From Guillardia theta CCMP2712 (lineage: Eukaryota > Protista > Cryptophyta), in the NCBI RefSeq assembly GCF_000315625.1, contig NW_005434615.1:6852-70851 (forward strand): DNA of 64,000 bases, written 5' to 3'. The notes under the pieces were generated by a model. That model made no database searches, was not told the DNA's origin, and was given only the letters and a program-made list of their open reading frames with translations. Below are positions 1-11,583 of the stretch, piece after piece. The position numbers were made by a program, and so were the translations under genes. Numbering within the stretch: position 1 is the stretch's first letter; every line of letters begins with the position of its first letter.

Positions 1-1379
1 ATCCCCGTGATTATCGTCATGATTGTCATTCTTGATCCGATGTTCTCGATTCCTGATTCGAGCTTGACCATCCTTGGTCTGATGTTCTCGATTCCTGATT
101 CGAGCTTGACCATCCTTGATCCGATGTTCTCGATTCCTGATTCGAGCTTGACCATCCTTGATCCGATGTTATGTACGTTTTGCTCCATACCCTGGCGCAC
201 ATCGTCTATCAGTGTTCTCACAGCAAGGGCAGACCTGCTGCCCGATTACCTTGATAGACCCCCTCAGATCCAAAATCTCGCTGTACACATTACGATTCTG
301 AAAATAGCAGAGAAAAAACGGGATCCGTTGGTCGATCAGCTTCTTGGATATCTCACGGTCCTTTGCTGCTTCGACAAAAAATTTCCTAACTTTTTCCGCA
401 GTTTCTTCAAATTTCTGCCTGTTTCCATTTACAATCAGGCCGAAAGCAGCAATGGTTGCGCCGCGTCCAATGAAGTCGTCTTTGAGGCCTTCTTGTGAAT
501 ACAATCGTGAAAGCTGATGGATCTTGGTGAGTGCTTGGTTGGAGGGCTTGGTGATCTCGAAGCAGATATACTCTCCTCGTTTGACAAGAACGTTGTTGAA
601 GCACTCATTGTTGCTACTAGCTACTGACTTCACATGATCGGGAGATGCAATGTGGCCCTGGAAGACGTCCCGCAGGTAGACGTCCTGNNNNNNNNNNNNN
701 NNNNNNNNNNNNNNNNNNNNNNNNNNNNNNNNNNNNNNNNNNNNNNNNNNNNNNNNNNNNNNNNNNNNNNNNNNNNNNNNNNNNNNNNNNNNNNNNNNNN
801 NNNNNNNNNNNNNNNNNNNNNNNNNNNNNNNNNNNNNNNNNNNNNNNNNNNNNNNNNNNNNNNNNNNNNNNNNNNNNNNNNNNNNNNNNNNNNNNNNNNN
901 NNNNNNNNNNNNNNNNNNNNNNNNNNNNNNNNNNNNNNNNNNNNNNNNNNNNNNNNNNNNNNNNNNNNNNNNNNNNNNNNNNNNNNNNNNNNNNNNNNNN
1001 NNNNNNNNNNNNNNNNNNNNNNNNNNNNNNNNNNNNNNNNNNNNNNNNNNNNNNNNNNNNNNNNNNNNNNNNNNNNNNNNNNNNNNNNNNNNNNNNNNNN
1101 NNNNNNNNNNNNNNNNNNNNNNNNNNNNNNNNNNNNNNNNNNNNNNNNNNNNNNNNNNNNNNNNNNNNNNNNNNNNNNNNNNNNNNNNNNNNNNNNNNNN
1201 NNNNNNNNNNNNNNNNNNNCAAAGAGGACGCAAGGCACCCTCCAGCTTGACTGTGCCGCTTCATCGTGAAGAAGCAGTTCCCTGAGCTCACAAGGAGGAA
1301 GAGGAGGAGAGTCTGCAGGAAATGTTAGATGCCCCTTCCTGACATCAGCAACAAGAACCTTGAAAGCGCTTTCGGACAT
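1..1379 (-). CDS. Hypothetical protein, copy A of an inverted duplication (predicted signal/transit peptide, C-terminal coiled coil); interrupted by a gap, 3' end runs off the window
   Basis: ATG at 1379. Removing intron 1313-1358 (GT...ctaac...cag) gives MSESAFK|TLLLFLLVSSGNC-FFTMKRHSQAGGCLASSL. A long open frame lies at 169-687, and the sequence is near-identical to copy B on the + strand. Confidence 0.6.
31..170. repeat. 42-bp tandem repeat, 3 full copies plus a partial copy
   Basis: Unit cttgatccgatgttctcgattcctgattcgagcttgaccatc starts at 31, 73, 115 and 157 (partial). On the minus strand it encodes the double heptad MVKLESGIENIGSR. Confidence 0.95.
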
Positions 1380-4139
1380 GCTGAGGGAAGAGAGGCCAGG
1401 GCCGCAAGCGGGAGGCAGAAAGGCGGGAAACCTTTGGTTCAGGGAAACCTTTGTTGAACCACAAACCTGGTACCCACCCCTACTTTGACTGATAAACATG
1501 GGTAGTTCGACTTCGGAAGAATTGAATTCCGGATTTGCAGGGATCTTCGATTTTGGTACTATCAGAGAAAATTATTTGTACCTGATTTTCAATTAGATCT
1601 TGAATTAGTAGGAAGGACTTCATTCTATAATTTGTACAGGCAGGTTGCAATTGGTAAGGACTATTGTACAATCTTGGTACAACTAAATTGAAACACAGTA
1701 CAGAAGTTTGTTGGAGGTCCACAGATTAAAATGACTTTTTCCAATCCTACTAGAAAAGTCTGCCTGCGTTTTTTTTTTTTTAGTCGAGAGAGAGGGGGAG
1801 CAGGAGGGAAGGAAAAGAGGCTGTGGGGTGATTGGCGAATAAGACAAACGGTCTGTCTCAGCTTGTCAGATTGCTTGGCTCTAGCAGACCTCAGCATGTC
1901 CGAAAGCGCTTTCAAGGTTCTTGTTGCTGATGTCAGGAAGGGGCATCTAANNNNNNNNNNNNNNNNNNNNNNNNNNNNNNNNNNNNNNNNNNNNNNNNNN
2001 NNNNNNNNNNNNNNNNNNNNNNNNNNNNNNNNNNNNNNNNNNNNNNNNNNCTCAGGGAACTGCTTCTTCACGATGAAGCGGCACAGTCAAGCTGGAGGGT
2101 GCCTTGNNNNNNNNNNNNNNNNNNNNNNNNNNNNNNNNNNNNNNNNNNNNNNNNNNNNNNNNNNNNNNNNNNNNNNNNNNNNNNNNNNNNNNNNNNNNNN
2201 NNNNNNTCTTTGAGGATGCAGTTCAGCGACTGGGACCCGCAGAAGATGTCGACAGAGCTGCACGAGCAGCGGGATAGCAGCCTTGCAAGCATTGGGCAGG
2301 TGAGAGCGAGCTGGAGAGGAGGCGAATGAAGGGTCTATGCAGAGGATCGAGGATGTGACGCTTGAGGGCTTGAAGACTGACAACCTCCTCGCCTGCGACG
2401 CCTGCGGCGGGACAGATCTCAAGGATGAAGGGCAAGGCGATATAACAAGACTTAACTCAGCGCGAGAGTGTGAAACAGAGAATGATTATGAGCAGCTTTT
2501 TTTTGTCGCTCATGCCAGGGAACATGCCTGTTGTGAGAAGAGAAAGCATCATCTTGACTGTTGAGAGTGCTGACAAGCTGGACAAAAGCGGGATTTGCTC
2601 ACCTGGACATCTCAGCAATGTCAATCGTATTGCCGGAAAACTGCAGCTGGAGCAGGCAAAGTCTTCCGGTCCAAAGAAATATGGCCGCCGCGGCAAGGAG
2701 AAGGCANNNNNNNNNNNNNNNNNNNNNNNNNNNNNNNNNNNNNNNNNNNNNNNNNNNNNNNNNNNNNNNNNNNNNNNNNNNNNNNNNNNNNNNNNNNNNN
2801 NNNNNNNNNNNNNNNNNNNNNNNNNNNNNNNNNNNNNNNNNNNNNNNNNNNNNNNNNNNNNNNNNNNNNNNNNNNNNNNNNNNNNNNNNNNNNNNNNNNN
2901 NNNNNNNNNNNNNNNNNNNNNNNNNNNNNNNNNNNNNNNNNNNNNNNNNNNNNNNNNNNNNNNNNNNNNNNNNNNNNNNNNNNNNNNNNNNNNNNNNNNN
3001 NNNNNNNNNNNNNNNNNNNNNNNNNNNNNNNNNNNNNNNNNNNNNNNNNNNNNNNNNNNNNNNNNNNNNNNNNNNNNNNNNNNNNNNNNNNNNNNNNNNN
3101 NNNNNNNNNNNNNNNNNNNNNNNNNNNNNNNNNNNNNNNNNNNNNNNNNNNNNNNNATCCCGTTTTTTCTCTGCTATTTTCGGTATCGTAATGTGCATAG
3201 CGAGATTTTGGATCTGAGGGGGTCTATCAAGGTAATCGGGCAGCAGGTCTGCCCTTGCTGTGAGAACACTGATAGACGATGTGCGCCAGGGTATGGAGCA
3301 AAACGTACATAACATCGGATCAAGGATGGTCAAGCTCGAATCAGGAATCGAGAACATCGAATCAAGAATGACAATCATGACGATAATCACGGGTATTATG
3401 GTTTCGCTCCCTTCACTATTGGCCTTTATAAGACGGATGCCGCTGTAATTCATCGAGTTTCCCGGGCTCTCCCAGCTTGTGGCCTAGTTCACTGCCAACC
3501 TGCCTTGCATCATCGGCAGCTTCTTCTTAGACCTCTTTCTTCCCTATTAGTCAGCGATCAGTCTCTCCTTGGTGTTTTTTTCTCTTGAAAGTTAGTAAAT
3601 ATGTAGACATTGAAGTGGTTGATGTTCTGAGGTCAGAAGGAAGGATCTCTGTTGTCTAAGCTGTCAACCTTAGCCCGTCTCCCACAGCCCCAGCCACGTG
3701 CTGGAATCCGTTGCTTTCTTCTCAAATTCAGCGATGGGCTGAAGCTTTGCCTTGTCGAGAAAGAGTCTCCTACTCAAGAATCATGATTCAAAACAAGGCA
3801 TCACGAATGTACTCTTCCTGAACGTTTGTTCCTCCTGGTCCAGCTCTCCCCTTGCAATGCCGTTTGTCATACCGACGAGTGCAACTGTAGCCCAGGAAAA
3901 AGGAATGATGTACCAGACAGCATGGAGGGCCTTGCTCCCTCTTTTTTCATCTCTCCCTCCCTTCCTCCCTCCTTCCCTCCCTCGCTCCCTCTCTCCCTCG
4001 CTCCTTTCATCTCTCTTCTCCCTTGCTCCCGCCCCTCCCNNNNNNNNNNNNNNNNNNNNNNNNNNNNNNNNNNNNNNNNNNNNNNNNNNNNNNNNNNNNN
4101 NNNNNNNNNNNNNNNNNNNNNNNNNNNNNNNNNNNNNNN
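688..4139. other. Assembly gaps (N runs) at 688-1219, 1951-2050, 2107-2206, 2707-3156 and 4040-4139
   Basis: Runs of n in the sequence. ORFs that span them are artefactual. Confidence 1.
1896..3448 (+). CDS. Hypothetical protein, copy B of the inverted duplication; multi-exon, with C-terminal coiled coil and hydrophobic tail
   Basis: 1889-2106 is the reverse complement of about 1231-1386, and 3157-3393 mirrors 1-325. The last exon reads IDDVRQGMEQNVHNIGSRMVKLESGIENIESRMTIMTIITGIMVSLPSLLAFIRRMPL*. Confidence 0.6.
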
Positions 4140-4240
4140 TCCCTTCGCTCCCTCGAGCGCTTCCACGCTCCCTCTTCTCGTGCTCTTCTCGCTCCCTCCC
4201 TCGCTCCCTCCCTCCCTTCGTCCCTCGCTCCGTCCCTCCT
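3950..4240. repeat. Pyrimidine-rich low-complexity (CCCT/CGCT)n tract around a gap
   Basis: ctccctccctcgctccctc-type repeats on both sides of the 4040-4139 gap. Confidence 0.85.
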
Positions 4241-5920
4241 CGGACATAACGTGCAAGCGCCTCCGTCCGGCCCTGTGTATCCGGCGTTGCACTTGCAGTC
4301 GGACAGGGCAAGCGACCCAGCAGCACTCGACGACCTCCTCGGACACGCCTGGCAGCCTGACTCTGTCGGGGACCCGTAGTATCCTGCACTGCACTCGCAG
4401 TCGATTACGTTTGTAGACCCCGCCGGCGATGTGATGCTGCTGCTGTCCGCCAAGCTGCATGCAGTGCAAGCCGCCGACCCCGTCGATCCCTTGTAAGTCC
4501 CTGCTGCGCAAGGGACACAAGGACCGCCGTCCGGCCCTGTGTATCCGGCGTTGCACTTGCAGTCGCTTGCAAGCACGCTGCCTGTCCCGCCATAGTCGGA
4601 GTGCTCGGGACACGCCGCACAGGCTGCGGAGCCTGCGGTGGACTTGTAGGTGCCTCTCGGGCATAACGTGCAAGCGCCTCCGTCCGGCCCTGTGTATCCG
4701 GCGTTGCACTTGCATTCGGATGCAGCACTGGAACCAGTTGTGTAGGTCGTTGCATTTGCAGGGCATGAGAAACAGCTCTGAGGTCCTATTGCTTGTTTGT
4801 ACTTTCCTATTGCGCAGGGTTGACATTCTAGTATGGCATAGAGATAGTAGGTTTGGTACGGGCACGAGAAAGCATAATTTGGAGTTGTTACTTTCAGGGT
4901 TGCATTTGACCCCAGGGACTTAGTAACTGTGATCGTAATCTGTTTGAAGTTTGAAAAGTCACAGGAGGCACCGTCGTTCTGAAGGTAAAGCCCTGCATAT
5001 ACATCGTCGATGAATATTGTGATATAGTGATAACTAGTTGCGAAGTCTGTTTGCATCACGTCGATGTAGAGAGTCATCGGATTGCTGGTCATGTTCACCT
5101 CAAACATGCACGAGGGTCCAATGCTCATCTGCGACTTGCATGCTACTACATTCGAATGACCCGAAGCGCAACCGCAATCAAGCAAACTTGTAGACCCCGC
5201 CGGCGACGTGATGCTGCTGCTGTCCGCCAAGCTGCATGCAGTGCAAGCCGCCGACCCCGTCGATCCCTTGTAAGTCCCTGCTGCGCAAGGGACACAAGGA
5301 CCTCCGTCCGGCCCTGTGTATCCGGCGTTGCACTTGCAGTCGCTTGCAAGCACGCTGCCTGTCCCGCCATAGTCGGAGTGCTCGGGACACGCCGCACAGG
5401 CTGCGGAGCCTGCGGTGGACTTGTAGGTGCCTCTCGGGCATAACGTGCAAGCGCCTCCGTCCGGCCCTGTGTATCCGGCGTTGCACTTGCAGTCGGACAG
5501 GCCAAGCGACCCAGCAGCACTCGACGACCTCCTCGGACAGCTTGAACAAAATAATCCTGTCCCGTAGTATCCGGCGTTGCATCTGCATTCGTTGGCAGAG
5601 ATAGAGCTATTGTTTGCAGTCGATGCTTCAACAGCACAAGACAAGCAAGCACCATCTCCAATGGTGCTCTTATACTTGCCGACGGGGCAAGCCCAACAAG
5701 AATCTGCAGGCAAGATTGCATAAAGATAATAATCTTGGTATGCCAGCGAGAAATATATCCCAGAAGTAGTCAGACTTAAATCTGCCACAGCAGCATTTGA
5801 TGCTATCGTGAGTGTCACAGTCCTGTATCCCACAGTACCACAGGTCGATGGGTCATCTAAATACACTCCTGACATGCTCTGGCTGCCAACACGCACAGAA
5901 ATACCCAGGCCCACAATGCG
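4240..5920 (-). CDS. Cys-rich repeat surface protein fragment (Ephrin-receptor-like/GCC2-GCC3, TNFR-like repeats)
   Basis: About 9 repeats of CxCNAGYTGPDGGxCxxCPxGTYKxxxGSAACxAC in ORF 4007..6034. Both ends look truncated. Confidence 0.85.
4411..5492. repeat. ~300-bp near-identical internal duplication (4411-4713 vs 5188-5491)
   Basis: Both copies begin ttgtagaccccgccggcga and match almost base for base. Confidence 0.9.
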
Positions 5921-5954
5921 TTGCTTGTGATCTTTGTTCGATTCATGACAGAGC

Positions 5955-7021
5955 ATGGTCCACGGAAGCGGCATTCGAACGATAGACTTTGGCTGCTTCA
6001 CAGAAGTTCGCCAGATTGGTTCAGGTTCCTTCAAGCTGGTCTACAAGGCTTCATGGAAGCACACTAAGGGTAACAATACTGCCGTGGCCATTCTGCGAAT
6101 CCCAGACAGCGCGTCATCGGGAAAGAAAGAAGATTTCGAACAGGAGTTGAAGATTTTGATTCACCTTGGCAATCATCCAAACCTTCTCCGTCTTTACGGC
6201 ATTACCTTGGAACCAGCTTCTAAGGACTACTGCCTGGTCACGGCCTTTGCTCCCGAGGGATCTTTGGACAATGTGTTGATGAATCTTGCCGAGAAGAATC
6301 AAGAGATGAGTCTCTTGGCCCAGCTGTGCGCTGCATCTCAAATTTGTGACGGGATGCTGCAGCTGTCGTTGAACGGAGTTGTGCACAGAGATCTTGCTGC
6401 GAGAAACGTTTGCGTGTTCAGTTTTGACAAACAGACCACCTACGCCTTAGTCTCAAGATAGCAGACTACGGGCTTGCTATGATTGCCATCAGAGGATACG
6501 GACAGAGCCGTGGAGAAACTATCAACACCACCAACTCCACTGCCAGACCCATTCGTTGGATGGCGCCTGAAAGTATTAGGAGACGACAGTACTCGGAAAA
6601 GAGCGACGTGTGGGCCTTCGGTGTGACTATGTGGGAGATCTGGAGCTACGGAGAGCTTCCGTTTTCGACAGAGGTTGATGATGCTTCTGTGGGTTCGCAG
6701 GTGCTGCAAGGAAAACGACTGCCGCAGCCCCCAGCATGCCCACCTGTTGTTTACAAGATCATGAAAGATTGCTGGATTGAAAACAAGACTGAGAGGCTCG
6801 GGTTTCATGATTTGCAGAGCTCACTTCTGGGGCAGTATGTCAGAGCTGTGGGTGAGCAGGGTTTGAAGCCCGAATGCATCATCTGCCTGGAGGGAACGGC
6901 AGAATGGGCGTTGATCCCATGCGGTCACCAATGCTTGTGTACATCGTGCAAAGACAAACTCCAGGGAAGGCCCTGTCCCATTTGTCGCTCCAACCCCACG
7001 AGCATTCAGAGGATTTTTTGA
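5955..7021 (+). CDS. Tyrosine-kinase-type protein kinase with C-terminal C3HC4 RING finger; one frameshift near 6430-6452
   Basis: Kinase motifs IGSGSFKLVY, HPNLLRLYG, HRDLAARN, (frame change) KIADYGLA, PIRWMAPES and SDVWAFGVTMWEI. RING motif CIIC...PCGHQCLCTSC...CPICR. Confidence 0.9.
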
Positions 7022-8426
7022 CAGGAAGAGGTTTGCTGTTTGGTGACTCCCGATGTTGTGGACTGATAGTTGATAGTACATATACTTTCATGGTGAATCT
7101 TGCATCACGGATGAGATTGCGATATCAAATATCAGTGAAAGTAGACATGCCAATGCTCATCGCCATGTAATTCTGTACACTCATGTGCTTGTGGCTTTGT
7201 TACTGAGCACCCACACTCCACGATGCTGGGCACTGAGCCTGGCATCGTGCACATGATGGTCATACATGTAGCTTTACAAGCAACCAAATCGAAGAGGCAA
7301 ATAAAGATGAAGAAAGCATGAGACATCAGCTGCCTCTCTGCCAGCGAATGTATCAGCCGCATGAAAGCTGAATCATGATTGAGATCGCCAGATTCGTCTG
7401 TCGCACTGCAGTTGATTTTAGAAAACAACTCTCATGAGCTGCACTATTCGTTCTCTCAGAGTCTTCTCTCATGCGTTCCAATAGCCGTGAAGTTTTCTCT
7501 GGTTCTTTCAAGTATTGATAGTTGAAGGCTAGACTTGAATGCCTGGCGTTGTGCATGCACTTCTCTGAGCTGTGGAAGCAGAGCCATTGCAACAAGCCCA
7601 TCACAGCCAAGATGTCAAAACTGTCGGTGAAAGAAGTTCAAAAACTAATGAGGACGGAGAGTGTAACTTGCGGTTCGGAATGAATCTACAGCCAGACTCG
7701 AGTGTAACTTGTACAGAATCATAATTGTGACAATTGTATGACATGTATGAATGAAATATATTTTATTGATGTTACTATGTCTAGAACAACAACATGCATG
7801 TGAAAGGTTGTAGTGTAATCCCAACAAAAGCATCATGATCTAATGTCAAAATAAGGTAGCGATGCAAATGATGATGAAAACCTCAAGACGTTTACATTCG
7901 GACTAGCATCTTGCATGGCGCCACAGATGATTCAAATCATTAAGTGCAGATCGTGAAAATCTCGAGGTGCTTGCACCGTAAAGCGGCTTGACAACTATCA
8001 GCCTTCAATCCCATGAGAAGCGATTATCGAGGTGTGAAGTATGGTGAGAACCAACCCTCAAACGTTTGGCCAGTGCGGCAGTGTGAGGGTCAAGCCTCCT
8101 CTATTCTCCTTATTGTCCTCGTACTGATTTTAACTTAACTTTGAGTAAACTGAGTCAAGGGGATCGAAAAGAAAAAAGAAAAAAAGGGGTCAATGTGGGT
8201 GTTTTTATGCCTTCATGGTGGTGAAATCAAACAGTTGAGCTTGAGATGACGAAGACGCCTGATCTTTGCGCCTGTCGTTGGCTTGTTCTCATACTTCACA
8301 TCCTTCCCGGTACAATTTCTGTGCCATGCACTTACGTCGGCTCGTCAAGACTTCACGACAGGCACTCACTCATGCTTTTTACCCTAACAATTCATGTTGA
8401 AGCTGTGCCAGAGTGATTAAAGACGT

Positions 8427-9975
8427 ATGCCCCCCTCCCACTTCCAATGGAGTGTACTACTTCAAGATCGACTTGGATCCAGGCGGAGGTTCAGGATCAG
8501 CTTGTTCACGAGCTTTGAAATAACGTTTCAACAAGATGTCGCAGTTGTGAAACAATCAGGCGTCATCTCGCCAGCTGATGCGGCGTGCGATGAAAGTGAA
8601 AATTGCGATGCAGCTAGCGGGCCTGGTGATTTTTGATGTTTTCATGCGGAAGGAATCAATTCTTTTTATGTTGAAAAAAGGTTACAACATTTTCATGAGC
8701 GAAGGTTGTCTCCCAACACCAGCGGCAAAGGTGATCGATCACAACATCCTGTTCCATGCTTGACATAAGGATATGATGCGAAGGGATCGACTGTCAACAA
8801 CATTGCGCCAAATGAAGATATGAAAACATATAAGGTGCTTTGTTGATTTCATCAACATGTTTCTCTGATCGTCGTCTGCATCTCCAGTCTTTAGACCTGA
8901 AAGCAAACGAATTCAAGCGATATTACATTGCAGTGAGCAAAAAACCAACAGTCGCGGCTGGAGACGCAGCATGCTCAATGGCTTTGAAGATCGGAGAAAT
9001 CTGTGAAAGGATAGTTCTGTACTTGTTCTCTGCCAACACATTTCACAGACACGGGAAGCCGACAATCCTGTGTTATTTATGAGTATTTCCCAAACGTCAC
9101 TTCACAGATTCCATTTTGCATCCCTCCTGCCCCATTGGTCCCTGAAGGCCAAGTAGTGCTGCATGACATCATAGGGTACCCATGGTGACTTGAAACAGGG
9201 ACTGTGGATAGTGTTTGTTCCTATTGCTGCAGGGCTCTTGGCAGGATATTTGATCTGGAAGGTAAGTTTTAGTGATCTTTGCAACCTACAGGTGGTTCTA
9301 ATGGCAGAGTGAGTAGCTTATCAAGTGGAGAGATCTCAGACGAAGAGCTCAACTTGTTTGTGAGAACAGTGAGCTTGAATTTCGTCTATCTTTGGAGAAG
9401 GCAAGCACACACTTTCGTCGAATTCAAAACTTGTACATAGCTTATGGACTGTTTGCAGAAGGTGGCAATCAAGAGTCAAAATATCCGAGAGGCTCCTATT
9501 GACTCTCAGGGGGCAAGCGTGGACCATCAGGTATTTGCAACGTCAGGCAAATAGTTGGATTTTAAATCTTCATTTGCAAGGCTCGATCCTTTCATGCAAT
9601 ACGCAACGTTGAGGGAGTGACACATTGAGCACGAGCGCAGAAAGAAGATACCAAGTTGAATTCTCGACCCGAGAAGACGCCATTCCAGCTGCTCATGTAG
9701 ATGGGAAATCATCCTTCAGTTCGTCCATGTCACTTCCGCAAGACAGCACACATTCGATCCACGTTGAAATTTAGATTATGTAATGTAGTACAACGAATAC
9801 ATTATAGGTGATAAGGAAAGGTCAAGTGCTGAGCTGAGATCTATCCTCACAAGGCTGATTCTTGCGATGTACGATCTGATTTTGAACATGTTTTCCTTGG
9901 TGCAGGACGTTGAACACATTCCGCCACAAAACAAACTACTAGGCACTTATCTGACATCATCCGTTCAATGAAAAT
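8427..9975 (+). CDS. Probable multi-exon hypothetical membrane protein (ends uncertain)
   Basis: Exon ~9108-9261, flanked by cag/gtaag, reads IPFCIPPAPLVPEGQVVLHDIIGYHGDLKQGLWIVFVPIAAGLLAGYLIWK (one TM helix). Other short exon-like segments are nearby. Confidence 0.3.
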
Positions 9976-10013
9976 GCTGGGATAAGAAAGCGGCAAACAA
10001 ACCCCCAATATCT

Positions 10014-11406
10014 TTATCTATTGAAGCGTGCACGAGGGACTCCTGATTCGGGGACCTTGCCTTCAAGAAGCATTCTTCGATATGCCTCCTGTATGTGCCT
10101 GAGTTTGTTATCAGAGATTTTCAATGCCAGACTTAATTCAGACATGGAACTTACCTCGGCTGCAACGGTTCCGCGCCATCTTGGCATTCGCCCCACTCTT
10201 GACGAACAACACGCGCTGTATCTATAATTTCTCCGACAAAGATCTTGGCAATTCCTGCCATGGTGAAAAGTACAGGCTTTCTGATGTTTCCAGCTGGAAT
10301 TTCTGAAATCTGCGAAGCAAATCATATAACACAATCGAAATAATCAACCACTTACCTGGGAAATCATCGACTTGATCACATTATCATTGAATTTTGACTG
10401 CCTGTGACACGTCATCGAGTGAAGGGAAGTTGTTAGAACTTGCCTCATGGCAGTGTATCGCTTCCAATCTTCTTCGGAAGCAGTCTTCAAGAGCATCGAT
10501 TCTCTGGCCTTCTGAGCTTCTTTGAACTTTTCATCCTGCTCATAAGACTGTTAACTGATACAGCATGATTTCGCGGAGAACCACACACCAATGCTGTCTC
10601 AGCATCTTCGGGATCTACCATTCTTTAGAATAGATCAAGATGATGACAAAGCCATTTCTCACCTTCGTCATCTGATAGCTCTCCATCGACGTCTTTCTTC
10701 TCGCTAGCCTCAAGGTCCTTCTTGTCCAAATCAAGGTCATCCTGTCAAACGGACATGCAAACGTTAAGGAATGAGGCAGGAGTCATGACGATGATTTGAT
10801 CACACCTTATCTTTATCAACTCCGCTGTCCTTTTTGCTCGGTGACTTACTGGATGTTTCTGCGCCATCCTTCGACATCGAAAAAACAAAACAATCTCACT
10901 TCACAAACTGTGTGGTTCCGCATTGAATACCTGCTTCTTTTCACCGGAGGGCTTCTTCTTCTTCGATTTCTTCTTCGGAGGCTGAGGTTTACCTCTGAAA
11001 TGTGAAGTTTAAGTCCTTTAAGACCGCTCTATGTTGCTCTGTGCTCACCCTTCTCCAGAGACTGATTCATTCTCTTTCACACTTTCCGATACATCGTCTC
11101 GTTTACTTTTCTTGCTTTTCTCGGGAGAAGGTTGCGGTTTGTTTGAATGCGATGAAACAGCTATACTTCTAATGTCAGAAGAATGGCTGGAGCCTGTTCC
11201 TTGAAACGATTGCAAGTTCGAGGAGAAGGTTGGCAGTGACTGTTTCACCCTGAAAAATTTCCCGATATCAGTTTCTCTCAAAACGTCATACTGGCATTGA
11301 TCAAGAACCTCATCAATGTCAAGCACATATCTATCACTGCCTTCCTCTCGTCTACTTCCATCGCTTACATGTCTTCGTCGACATCCACATCTTCCTCATC
11401 CGCCAT
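10014..11406 (-). CDS. Multi-exon hypothetical Lys/Asp/Glu-rich protein
   Basis: ATG at 11406 (MADEEDVDVDED) followed by gtaag, then an exon reading LDIDEVLDQCQYDVLRETDIGKFFR. There is only a weak resemblance to a TFIIS N-terminal helix motif. Confidence 0.35.
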
Positions 11407-11583
11407 GGTTTGGGAATGCTGGAGTACCCTACCCCCGCACTACTACCTATCAAGCGATACCAACTTTGAGTAAAAGCACTGTTCTCTGGTGACCGTGTGA
11501 AGGGTACTTTGACGAACATTACGAAGGGGAATGGAGGGGTGGGCGAGCGATTACATAAAAGGTGGGATCCCGGTCCTTGCTCT

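Noticed and set aside
7-498. Plus-strand ORF with DPMFSIPDSSLTIL repeats
   Set aside because: It is the antisense shadow of the 42-bp coiled-coil repeat on the minus strand.
617-3453. Long ORFs containing X runs
   Set aside because: They are artefacts of translating through N gaps.
7100-8100. Possible small spliced gene on the minus strand
   Set aside because: Some splice-like signals are present, but I could not build a consistent model or recognise a product.
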